Shown piece after piece: positions 1 to 12,559 of a DNA stretch of 64,000 nucleotides. The stretch comes from Octopus bimaculoides (taxonomy: Eukaryota): positions 135,054,458 to 135,118,457 of the forward strand of contig NC_068981.1 in assembly GCF_001194135.2 (NCBI RefSeq), in the 5' to 3' direction. The notes beneath the pieces were generated by a model that saw only the letters and a list, made by a program, of their open reading frames with translations, did no database searches and was not told where the DNA came from. How positions within the stretch are numbered: position 1 is the stretch's first letter; the number at the start of each line of letters is the position of its first letter. The translations under genes were made by a program, and so were the position numbers.

Positions 1-45
1 TTAACGAAATTGCTTTTCGGTTTAATAAAGTTATAAAATTATCCT

Positions 46-86
<41 letters not shown>

Positions 87-3000
87 AAAGGGACCAATGA
101 CATGTCTTGAATTAGGCTGTAAAATTATAATTGCAATATGATGCATGACATAATCTCTTTCACTCTCATTATCAATGATTGATTAATTATTTCTCACACT
201 TTAATTGCTTATATACAAACAGTTATTAAAAACCCTCACTGTTCATGTTCCATGGTTACTTTGTTAGTTCTGTGTACTCTCACTCTGCACAGAGTGTTAT
301 TAAAATATTTGCTTTCCATACTCTATCAATATTTAACTTATCAATTATATTTGTTCTAGGAATCAGTTGATTTTTTTCTTATATATTTTCTTGATTATTT
401 TCACATTGATTGTTAATATGTACAGGAATGGATGTATGGCTAACGAGTTAGCTCTCTCAACCACATAGTTTCAGATTCAGCCCTGTCAACATTATACCTT
501 GGGCAAATGTCTCTATAAGCCTCAGGTTGGTTAATGTTTTGTAGATGGAAACTGTATGGAAGCTCATTGTGTATGTATATTCAACTTGCCATCCATTAGT
601 CTGGACACATTTTTCTCTCTCTCCATTTTCCCCCCTTTTCTCATCTCTTTCTGTAGAAGAGCATAAGTTCGAAACTTCAAAAACTCTTCCATTTTTCCTG
701 ATTATCAAACTAATACCTCTTGTTTGTTGTTCTCTCACCTGCCTCTTTTGTTTTCTTGTACAATTTAGAACTATATATATATTTTTTATCTTTTACTTGT
801 TCCAGTCATTAGACTGCAGCCATGCTGGGCTACCGCCTTGAATTTTTAGTCGAATGAATTGACCCCAGTACTTATTTTTTAAGCCTGGTACTTATTCTAT
901 CAGCCCTCTTTTGCCAAACCTCTAAATTATGGGGATGCAAACACACCAACACCAGATTGTCAAGAGGTAGTGTCTTCTATTACTGTCCAAGGCTCTAGTA
1001 GAAGGCACTTACCCAAAGTGCCACACAGTGGGACTGAACCTATAACCATGTGGTTGGGAAGCAAGCTTCTTACCATACAGTTTTTGTGATTTTATCCACT
1101 TGTCTTTAGAATAACAGTCACAATGTTGATGTCCAACATAAACGAAATGGCCAGCAGCTTGGCTTCATGTGAAGTCATGGAATAAAGTACCTTATTTGAA
1201 AACAAAGGATTAGCGCCAAGAAGGGCATCAGGTCATATGATATTACCGTAACAAGTTTTGTCTGACTCATACCATTACAGAAAAAGCAGACTTAAAAATA
1301 ATGATGATGTTCTGTGATGGCAGCTGGTGTGGGGCAACATGAATGCTACTGCTACTGCCTATGCTATGCCTACCGTGTGCCCTCACAAAACCAGACTAGA
1401 GTCAAGCTCAACAGTGTCTTCTTTCCCCACTGATCCGTCCAAGCCCTTTCCCTTGGCTGTGGTTTCACTAGACAGTAGTGGAAATCTTGTTGATCCGTTC
1501 ATGTATGTCACTAGTATAGAATTTAGATAAGGGTTATTTTTACTCCTACTAAATTTTTTTGCTTCGTGATTAAAAGTAACTGATACATATATAATTTGAA
1601 TTTCATAGGATCCTAAAAGGATCTAGTATTATTTTCCAAGATAACTATGTGATAAAGACAATAGCTGTGTAAATCTCTTGAGACTGTAAAGATATCTGTC
1701 AAAGAAATTCTGGAATTGTACAGTTCAAATTGACCACAAATTTTAGAAAATTTGAATCTTCATTTCACTTAAGGGCGTGAATATTAAATGATGCTGTTCA
1801 CCCCATATTTGTAATAAATAAATATCAAAAATATGTGGATAGAGACATACTTGTCAAGGCATGTGGGTGGCTGTGAGTACACACCATTGATAGGGCTCAA
1901 CTAGGCTGAAATTCATTTGTTCTTGCTAGCCACTTCTTTGCTTTTTAAACACAGTACATCCATAGGAGATATTATCTTAGGATGAATATCGTATAACTTG
2001 CCTGTCAATCAAGTAAAGACATTAAGTATAATACATGGATAGCTATAGGAATATTTTATAATTTGAAACTTGAAATATGTTTTGTATTTCTTGAAATATT
2101 GATATGAATCCAATATGTGATATCTTTAAAATCTATTTTGATGCTGAACTTTACTTTTTTATTTTGTACCATATAAAATGTCTTTCTTTGAGGATTTCAG
2201 AAGTTTTATGTTCACTTTTATTATATTCTAGGTGCTCTTGTGATATATGTTACTTTTGGAGAGCTTTTCAAACTGAAATGTATTACTATTAAAGCATTAT
2301 ATTTCCATTTGAGTATTTATTATTCTAGTTCTTTTTCATGTTTATTGAACCATATTTTAATATTTGGGTTTCAGTATCATGCAGTAAAGTTAGTATCAGC
2401 ATTGTTCAAGAATTTTGCTTGAAAAATGCAGCCTTGTTAGGGTTGTTTTTCATATCAGACATTACACCAAGCCAAAATTCACATATTGAAATTGAAGTCT
2501 TTAAATTAAATTCAATATGGAAACTTAACAGACTTGACTTTGTTATTCACACAGATTTTACATTGGGTGTATGAGAATGTTTTAGAACCTTCTGTATCAG
2601 TAAAACCAACATGTAAATAAAAATACAGAGATTGAAATTTATATGGGATTTTAGAAAATTTTTATTTTGAAAATCATATTTACATTCATTTTGTTTCAGC
2701 CCCCCCCCCCTTCTAAAATGTGAGTTGTCATGTAGCTCCTCCACAGTGAAAAAAAACAACAACAAAAGACCTGTTCTACTCTGGCCCCTTCTCTCATACT
2801 TTTATCTATCTTCTGCTTATCATCTCTTAGCATAAAGTTGTCCCTTTGAAGTTTGTAGTTTGCAAACTGCATGATGGCCTCAACAGTGCTGTTGGCATGA
2901 GAAAAGCACTCAGTATATACTGTAAAGTGGTTAGCATTAGGAAGAACATTCAGCTGTAGAAACCATCCAACCCATGCCAGTATGGAACATGGACATTAAA

Positions 3001-3932
3001 TGATGATGATAATGACATAGTTGCTTATGGAGGATTGTTTGTCAGAGCAGTTGTTTTTGCAGCTGGATACCCTTCTTACTGCTAACCATTGAACTGTGAA
3101 TTAGGAATGGATACTGTTTAAAATCCTCAATCACAATTTCATAGAAGAAACTCTTGAAGTTACATTCCAAACACCAATTTAGTTGTGACAATGTTATTTG
3201 ACAATTCGTTATTGTAATGCATAGGTTAAAGCATTTTTTAATGAAAATATGGTACAGAAAGGGTTAAGCAGACTGTAGCAAGCAGTTATGTACCTTTTGC
3301 AGGGGCATAACACAAAGATTTGAAACATTTTACTTTAGCTCGTAGTTTAACATTTTAACCTCACTGGTATTGTGTTTTGAGATGAATCTGCTTTCCATTC
3401 ATGAGTTGGATGGGTCTTTATTGTTCCCCTATACTGGTTGAAGGTTCACATCCCAGTTGTAAGTTTCATTGTTTTGATTTATTTTCTAGTGCTGGTTGGC
3501 CTTCCAAGCACCAGCCACCTTACAATGGACTGGGTGCATTCTATTGTGGAATCAACACTAGAGAGGATTGACATGTGTTTGACAAATAGACATAGGGTCC
3601 TCTCAAACCCATGTTTACTTATTCATCAGCCACTCTACAAAATGTCCTCTGTGGAATTATAGTGACACCAACACGAATGGGTTTGTCTTGTACCCTCATT
3701 AGAATCCTTGAAGCTGAATGCAAGAGAGCAGCTGTGATAGAAGAACCAGAATGGGTGAGAGAAGAGAGCAAAACTGAGAGTAGAAACTGAGTGATTGGGC
3801 AGAGGGAGTGATAGAAGAGGTGAGAGTGAGAAATAGTAAGAGATGGATAAATGGTGAGAGTGAATGATGGATGTCGATAGAAATGACTTTATGGTGATGA
3901 TTATAATAATGTGCCTTGGAGACCTTCCTTAA

Positions 3933-4069
3933 CAAATATGTCTGGAAGATATGAGTATTGTTTAAACAAAAATTTGCTTTCTGTCTAATTGGTTACTATG
4001 CAAATATGTCTGGAAGATATGAGTATTGTTTAAACATAAAAATTTGCTTTCTGTCTAATTGGCACTATT
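3933..4069. repeat. Tandem duplication, 68-bp unit x2
   Basis: caaatatgtctggaagatatgagtattgtttaaac..ctgtctaattgg starts at 3933 and again at 4001. Confidence 0.95.
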
Positions 4070-4989
4070 GCATGGCGTTGGGACATCAATCCTTATGGAG
4101 TTGTAGGAGCATTTATACTTTTACATAGTATCAGTAAGTTTAGTTCTATCTATTATTCAAAACATTTTTGGAAGTCTTTGTTATTTGGTTAGGTACACCA
4201 TAAAGTGTTCAGTCATCATATGCAACTGGATAGTTTTAATGAAAATACCTCCCCCCAACCTTTTTCTCTTAAAACAATATAATTAAATGTTAAAGGAATA
4301 TTGAGCTTAGATTAATGAAGGCAGTACTCTAACATGACCATGATGCTTAAAACAAACTTAAAAAAAAAAAAAAGTTAAAGTCAATATGACAGCAAGTGAT
4401 TCCTGCCAATGAACAAAAAGATCCTATTCACAGTTCCCTGTAACAGACTACCTCAAAAACAGACAATAGTTATGATAGCTGCTGACTGGCTAGCCTGATG
4501 TAAATGACCTAACAGTCTATATCATATTTCACAAAGCTGACTTAGCCACTTGATCACCTACCACTCAAAACATGACATAATAGCCTGATAGATTTCATTC
4601 TCATCAGGAAACGAGTTAGACAGCTGATGACGAATATTTAAGTCTTTTTCTCCCTGGTGAAGAATGTCCCACTCAACATAGTAATTAGTGATACCAGAAA
4701 AAAGTGAAATGGACTCAGAGATAGAAAACAAACTTGAGAATGAAGGTTTGGAAGCTATATGATGTTATTGCTGTATGTAGCTTCTAAAAGACACTGCAAA
4801 CCACAGACCAGGTTTGTGGATTGAGTAAGGTGCCAAATTGGCAGAGAATACAGGAAATAAGTCATAAAAATAAAAAGCCAGGCCTGAAAAAAAAAAAGTG
4901 GCACAAAAGAGACTAAGTGATAGGTAAAAGAGAAGCTAGATGTCTGGTATACTGAAAAGAACAAGGCTTTGCATTGAGGTTAATTGCTA

Positions 4990-5550
4990 CATATAAGTTC
5001 AATGAAGGCAGGGAAGGCAACAGGTACCTCAGGGTTATTCTCTGAGGTGCTAAAAATATTTGACAGTTAGGGCATAAACTGAACATACATATAGTTAATC
5101 AGGTAGAGCAGAAAGGTGTATGATGCTTGTGTATGAAGCTGTGATTTTGCATGGTTGTGAGACCTGGATGCTGAATGTGGGGAATATGCAAAGGCTAAGA
5201 AAGAAAATGAGGCAAGTATTTGTTGTGCATCATGTAATGTCAGCTGGTATGAACAACAGTTCAGGCGTGCTTAGAGAAAAACTGGGTATTAAAGATATCT
5301 ACTATTTTGTGCTAGAGAGAGAAAATGTTTGACCGGAGCATGTGAATGTTTTTGGATAAAAGTATATCAAATGATTCAAGCAGAAGGAATCTATGAATGA
5401 AAAAAACCAAAGAGGACACTATCAGAAGTGATGATGGAGGATCTTGGGATGCTGAGCCTCACAAAGATGACAAAGTGCCACGACAAGTTGAGAGACCCTG
5501 TACCAACATTCACCCATCCAGGCCTATGCCAATATGAAAAAGTAGACATA
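4990..5550 (+). mobile_element. Degenerate RTE-clade LINE fragments (RT start and C-terminus with 3' tail)
   Basis: Decayed GKAxGxSGxxxEMLK-like segment (~5000-5070), LHGCETW and LREKLGIK in ORF 5120..5332, ending in a tail resembling acccatgccagcatggaaaagtggacattaaa (~5510-5550). Confidence 0.7.
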
Positions 5551-5775
5551 AAATTTATTTACGTAATATTTTTTGCTATTTACATAATAAATGTGATTAA
5601 TTGATAATATACTTGATTTAGAGCACACAAACCAATTATAAATAAGTCAAACTGGTCTGTAGAGAAGGTCAGTATTTTGTTGGAAAATTTTTGGCAGAGA
5701 ATCAGCTAGAGTACCAAAACTGAAACGCAAAAGCTAAAGTATAATTCTATAACATTTAGAAAAACTAGTAAGTTC

Positions 5776-5829
5776 TAGCTGAAGAAAATGCTTTAGCTGA
5801 AGAAAATGCTTTAGCTGAAGAAAATGCTT
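5776..5829. repeat. 18-bp unit x3 (tagctgaagaaaatgctt)
   Basis: Three exact copies read directly. Confidence 0.95.
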
Positions 5830-6546
5830 GTAGATATTTGTGATATTTCTCATTTGAGCAAATATATTTCCCTATGAGCATAGCTTGTTTGTAAATAATG
5901 TTGTTATTGTTTCTAGTATCTTGGGAAAGATTTCTGAAATATCTGCAAATCTTTGTGATTTGATTTATATTTACCATTTTATTTACAATTTGATTTTATC
6001 ATAATTCCTTCTCAGCTTAAGTTTGTTTCCTTGATGCATGTAGTCCTACAGAGAAATAATATCATATGCTTAATCTAAAAAAATTGGTTTCATAAAAGTG
6101 TGATAAATTTCTACTGTTCAGTTGTAAATTGTTTCAATAATAAGGTGAGTTGACTGAAAATAGTTTCTTTGCATTTTGAATGATGCATTCAGAAAGATAA
6201 ATCTATCATCATCATCATCATTATTCACTGTTCCTTTTTCCATGCTGATGTGTTGGACAGTTTAACAGGAACCAATGAGCTAGAGAACTGCACGAAGCTC
6301 CGATGTCTATTTTGGCATGGTTCCTACAGCAGGATGCCCTTCCTAATGCCAACCACTTTACAGAATTGTTATATGTTACGTAAACAAAGACATCATTATG
6401 TTAATCTAGTTTTTTTCTTTAACATTTGCTTGTTTAATTCTCAAACACTTAATGTATTTATTTTTGGTTCTCACCATCTCTAGAAATAGTAATAGTTTAA
6501 TAATCTCTAAGTTTTGGTAGGAACACTGGAGGATATTTAATAAATC

Positions 6547-7122
6547 ATGTGGCTGCTAGGTCCACCTTCTCAGACCTCCAGGCATTAGCAAATGACTGAG
6601 AGCTGAAAGTCAACCTAAGAAAGCAGCTGTTCTTGGAAACTGTTGCTTCAACATCACTAAGGCTAGACATGGTGCTGATCTTAAAAGCATCCAAACAGGT
6701 GGTTCTGTTAGAACTCTCCACTCTCAAGTATTACTGCATCAAGGAGGCAAATGAAAGTAAGAGAAGGAAAGATGTTGGGCTGGTGGAGCTGTACCAGAGA
6801 AAAGGATGGAAAGCATGCTGTGATCCCAAGAAAATGGAAAGCAGAAAGTTTACTGGCTAGTCTCTTTTCAGAGCTTAGAACATGCTTGGTATCACAAGGG
6901 CCAGTAAGTGGAAGGCCATCAGGTTGGAATTGGAGACAGCGGAGGTTATTTCTAAGTGGCTGTGGGTCAGGAAGCCCTAGAAGGGGACAGTGCTACTAGG
7001 ACTAGGGTTAACTGGGCACAAGTTGGGGTTTGATTAACCTCAGCTGGGTCACCTGAGTGAGGATCTCTGATGTGAAAGACCCAAAACACCTAATGACCCC
7101 AAGAAACATCACTGATGTGTAT
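6547..7122 (+). mobile_element. 3' end of an RLE-type (HERO-like, R2 group) non-LTR retrotransposon, decayed
   Basis: Translation ELKVNLRKQL..ETVASTSLRLDMVL..SKQVVLLELS..IKEANESKRRK..LVE..GWKACC matches the PD-(D/E)xK restriction-like endonuclease (consensus LRPDMVL..KQVVLLELTVPWE). It is followed by a 3' UTR aaagacccaaaacacctaatgacccc..catcactgatg and is broken by frameshifts and stops. Confidence 0.8.
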
Positions 7123-10100
7123 GAAAAACTTTCAAACTAACATAGGATAAAATGGATATTCACATAAGTCTGTCAACATAGGATTTTTGTAATCTGTTGC
7201 TTATTTTCAGCAGTGTTCATTTAGAATGTTTTCTTTCAAGTTCTCCACGTCTCTATAATTGTTTATCAATCTCTAATAACCTTCATTAAGTTGCCATTAT
7301 CCACCAAATATCACACATTCTAGAAAACTCTTTTGAAGCTATATATTTCTTATATATTTGCTAATTAATTATGTTGCACTGTATAACCATTGAAATTCTC
7401 CATAGAAAAATCAATAGTCATCTATTATTTGTGATCTCATCTCAATTTATAGAGATGAAAACCCGACAGTCTCTGAAGACCAACATAGAAATTATGCTTG
7501 TAGTTGTTATAATCTGTGTTGGAAGTATACACCAATAAAACAATTGATATTTGCTTGCCAAACAATTACTATTTGTTTTGTAAAACCCTATTTATTCTGT
7601 GCTCTCAATCTTCAGACATTAATTGATGTCTCAGTATCTCAACATCAGTTTTTGTTTTATCACCCCTCCCTTCATTTTGCTTTTAGCCATTGTCAATAAC
7701 ATGTTCTTCTAACACAATATGTACTTTGTGTGATGGCTTCAGGTCAAACCCAACCAAACAGACCTATGATCAAAGACATTCCAGATGTGACCATCTCTTG
7801 TTCAAACTTATCTAGGCCTAGATTGTGCAACATTTCCTTCCCCTGCTTTTAAGGTAGAATATATGAGTAAGAATTGGCTGCTATTTCTAGTAGGTCATGT
7901 AACTGTACAGAGACCTCCTTGTAGGATAGACATGGGTTTTGTTTATTTTAATATCAAATTAAGGTATTCCATTCAAGTACCCCCTTTTTTTTCTCTTCTT
8001 AAAATGCATATGTATATGCATGCACACATGTAAAATGTTTTTTCAGTGTTGAGAAACTTTAAAAATGACCAATGCTTAGTTTTGGTTTCATAAAATTTAG
8101 TGGCTTAGGGATAAATCTTCCTTTGGTTAGGAACAATTTACTGGAAAAAGATACTCAGTGATGAGGTACCTATTTCAGGATAGCTAAAAGAAGGGAAGTG
8201 AGGCCAATGTCCAAATTAAATACACCAAAATATAATGAATTTGACCCAATAACCAATTAATTGGTTGTTCAGTATCATACCTATGTGTGTCATTGGTTGG
8301 GTGAGTCCATTTGTCTATTCTTCTACAAATTATTTATCATATTTTCTGCTTTAATTTTAATATTTAAGGCTTGTAATTGAATCCAACCTGAACTATAAGT
8401 TCATAGGCTGCTTGTCATCTGTCCATTCTAACTAACAAAACAGCTATTGTTTTGCTTCTGGTACTTAGCTATTGTTTTGCTTCAGTACTTGGGGTTGTAG
8501 ATAGAACTGCATAGTACACAATGTCTGTAAGAAGATAAGAAATTTGTGTTCCATAAGCAAAGTTTTATTATTGAAACCTTGCAACACTCACAGTTATTAA
8601 ACATAGTTGTAAAAACTATTGTTTGTCATGCTCCTAAACATTGTTAATGTTATTTCAAGTAGTTTTGCACTTTATATAGTTTTCAAATAATTCAACAGAT
8701 GACTCTTGACCTTTGTCAATCTGCATTTATGGGTGAGACATGTAGTTGATGTTATGTTTGAACATGTGTAAATGTCTGTAGGAAAATGTGGGCTGCAAGG
8801 AAGGACTGGAAATGAAATACAGGAAGGATTTTCGTATGAAGGGGAGAGATGAGTGGGAACATCGGGAGATAGTTATATAGATACCTAGTTACCTAGAGAG
8901 AGAAGAAAGAAGCATTGGGGCTAGTCTGGTGATCGAAGTCTCTAAAGAATTTTGAGTAAAATTTGGTTGACACCAAAAAATATCTAGAATATTCGTAAAA
9001 ATTGAAGAACTTAATTTGAAGTTCCAATGTTGATAAATGATAACTGAATTTTCATTGACCATATGTTACTGTGAAATAGATTTGTGATTGAGATTATTGG
9101 ATGGGTAGAAATGACTTCTCAAATTTCTCTGCTGTTGACTATTATGAAGGCTTCTACAGCTGGATGTCCTTCCTAATGCCAACCACTTTACAGAGAATAC
9201 TGGATGCATTTTTTTGAGGCACTGGCACTAGTAAGGTCACCAAAGACAAGACTCCTCCCCTCAACTGAGTGGGTTTGTAGTATATTGATTTCAAATTTTG
9301 GCACAAAGCCAGCAATTTTGGGAGGGGTAAGTTGACCCCGAATGGATAAAAAGCAAAGTTGGCCATGGCAGATTTTGAACTCAGAACATGAAGATAAAGG
9401 AGGTACTGGTAAGCATTTTGCCTGGCTTGCTATTAACTCTCCCATCTCACCACCTTAGGGTGTGTAGTATATTAAAAGGAATTTGTTTTCCTAATTGCTT
9501 TGGCATGTTTTACTATGCTAATTACTTCTGCTTTGTGACTGTAAGGTTACTGTCTTTTCTCTATCATTTACTTCAGTTAGTAGGTTATGATATTTATGTT
9601 TAACAGGTACCCATCCTTTGATTAAATCTTTTGATTGGTGTGATTTTCTTGAGATTACTTACTCTATGACTTTTTTTATATCTATTTCTTCTCATCTTTT
9701 GTAAATCCATCAATCTTTTACTGCCCTAATTATCCTTTCTTATTCACTAATCTATATTCCAGCTCTTCCATTTCATTCTGATATCGTTTGTTTCATCATA
9801 ACTGATTACAACATCAAAAGACCAAGCATATGGACATAAATAGAGACAGCAGAACTATTTGAAATATAGTCTGTTAAAAAATATGTATGATGATGTTAAT
9901 AGTCCAAAGAATTATTCCACCATTACTCATAATAACTCTTCTATGAGCCAACATTATTCCATACAGCACCAATTCTCAGGAAACACATTTGGATTAATTT
10001 TATGACATTTGTAGTTCATCATAAATATGTGTGCACATGCACGTGTCTGTATGTGAATGTTTTCATAAATTGATGTTCAGAGAATGTTATGTGCAGTTGT

Positions 10101-12383
10101 ATGAAGGGAGTGGGATATTGCTAACGAGGTAAAGACTGCATGCTAATGGGACAAATGCTGTGGGAAACAGATAGCTGCTGCCAATGTTAGAAAGACAGAT
10201 GTTACTCTAAGGAGATACATATAGTAATGGAATTGTTTTTGAAGTATTTCTACTTGAAAAATGAACTCAGTTCCTGAGGAGTAAATTGTAGATTTGTGTA
10301 TATTAGCTCAGTCTACTTCACATTTCATTACTCAGTTTCACATCCAGAGGCATTCTAAAGACAAGGCTGTTAAGCAATGAAACATTTGAATAGTACAACA
10401 GGAATGGGGCATCTTGTGGATTTGGCTCTTTTGGGGTTTATAAGTTGTTGAGTTTATAAAGGTTCTAAACAAAAATCTGAACTAATGTTCAAATGTGATC
10501 ATCAGAACAAATTTTATGATTGAATTACAAAACACTTCAGATTAATCTACAATATATAGACTGTTACCCTAACAGAGGTTTATCAAATCACAAACTAGAT
10601 GAAACCAACCAGATGCCCACAGATCATTCTACATTTCCTACACCATTCAAATACACCAAAGCTTTCATCATTAACCATCCTTGATTGAGGATTGAACCTG
10701 GGTATGAAACTCTGAGTAATTAGCTGTAAAGTGGCCTGGGCTGTGTAATTAAGAAGTTTGCTTCTCAGCCACATGGTTTCGGGTTCAGTGCTACTGTGTG
10801 GCACCTTGGGCAAGTGTCTTCTACTATAGCTTAAAGCTAACCAAATCCTTGTGAGTGGATTTGGTTGATGGAAAATTTAAAGAAGAATGTGTGTGTGTGT
10901 GATTGTTTACATTTGTACTGTATGACAGTCACTACAAATAGTGTGTGTTGTCACTTTTTTCTGACAACTTGTATGCTCATTTTGAGCCTTTATAGATAGA
11001 TATGTGAAATAAGAGTTCTCTTACTTGATAACAAGTATGGGTTAGCAATAAGGAGAGCATCAAGTTGTGAAACTTACTTCAGTAATATAATTGTCTCGCC
11101 CATGCAATCATGATAAAAATAGACATAGAATATATGAGTAAATGAATACAATTAACTGTCCGTCTTACTGTCTGTATTAATGCTTGTTTTTACAAATCGG
11201 TATGCATAGTCTGATGAAAATGATTTCAGTAAAACTTTGAAGTCACTGTCATTGTTTAAAAATCTATGCATTTAAAAATATTCTAAGCAATTAGTACTGC
11301 ATGACATAAGCAAAAAAAGAAAGTGTTGGCTACGTTTATTACTTAGGTTATTATGGTACATCATAGTTGTAATTTCGTTTAATTGTTGCTTGCAAATGAA
11401 AAAAAATTTAAGATTAAAGAAAAGAAAGAAAATAGTGTTGGCCCATTGTTGACAGAGGTGTATAGTGACTCCATAAATCTTTCATAAAAACTTACAATCA
11501 TTAATGGAAGGTGCTTGGAAATAGAACAGCCAGCTGTCACTTGCAAGCAAATATAGTATTAGGAGTTTGTATAAACTGCAAGCATTGACACTATCTTTAC
11601 CTCCTCACCTTTGACACTGCAGAACAGCCAGCTTGTAACAGTTGGTGAGAGGGTGGACTGCAGTAACCTGAAAACAATTTGCATCACTCAAGGGCATAAC
11701 CTAATAGCTATGAGCTGGACACTTTAGCCCCTAGACTACACATATTTTAACTGGTACATACATCATCATCATTTTAATGTCCTCTTTTCCATACTTGCAT
11801 TGATTGGATGGAGTTTATTGAGGCAAAACTTCTATGGTCAGAATCCCTTCCCTGTCACTAACCCATACCTGTTTTCAAGCAGGATAATATTTCCCCATGG
11901 TCAGACATGTTTCGCTGAATATTGGAAATGAATGACATTCATTTACAACAATCACACAATGTCAAGACAAAGAAACACATGCTCACTCACACACACACAC
12001 CATAAGCTTCTTTCAGTTTCCATCTACCAAATCAACTCATAAGGTTGGCCCAAGGCTATATGAGAAGACACTTGCCCAAGGTGGCATGCAGTGGGGCTGA
12101 ACCCAGATCCATGTGTTTGAGAAGCAAATTTCTTCACCACACAGCCACACCTGTGCCTACATCAATTAAAATATGATCTGGCTATATAGAAATAAACATA
12201 GTTATGCTGTGAAGGAAATGAATTAATAGAAAAACACATTTTTTAGTAATACTGCTATTAAAAGCTGTTTTAGTTTACTGTTTTTAGTTATTTTTTTTAA
12301 TGAACTACAATTATATTGAATTTATAATACCACATTAGCAAATTCAATATAATTATTATTGAGAGATGGTTCAGTGTTTAAAA

Positions 12384-12559
12384 CCCTTTAGCATTCAGAT
12401 TACTCTATTAAATGCTGTGCTTATTTATTCAAATTGTTTTGAATTAATCATGTATTATCTCATAGCTTCAGGATATCGATGATGCGATTGTTTCTTTTTA
12501 AAATGACATTCTAGAGTAGGTATGAGAAGCTGGATATGTCCAGCTTGCATGCTAAAGGC
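12384..12559 (-). mobile_element. piggyBac-type MITE (short), reverse orientation relative to the copy at 53804
   Basis: Begins ccctttagcatt, ends atgctaaaggc followed by TTAA (12560-12563); the interior is the reverse complement of 53804-54022. Confidence 0.75.

Noticed and set aside
3438-3935. ORF-like purine-rich segment (IDMCLTNRH; RILEAECKRAAVIEEPEW)
   Set aside because: Frames are short and broken and no splice-consistent model exists. It may be an old retroelement, but I cannot assign a family.
4590-4645. Other hammerhead-like words (ctgatgacgaa here; ctgaaga at ~7472 and ~21045)
   Set aside because: Stems I to III and a correctly placed GAAA could not be built.
6030-6150. Strong donor AAG|gtgagt at ~6145 (also the acceptor at ~28226 and donors at ~24011, ~29845) as candidates for the SUCO first exon
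   Set aside because: No ATG-initiated, phase-2, signal-peptide-like frame precedes them. They could be UTR exons, but the sequence alone cannot support that.
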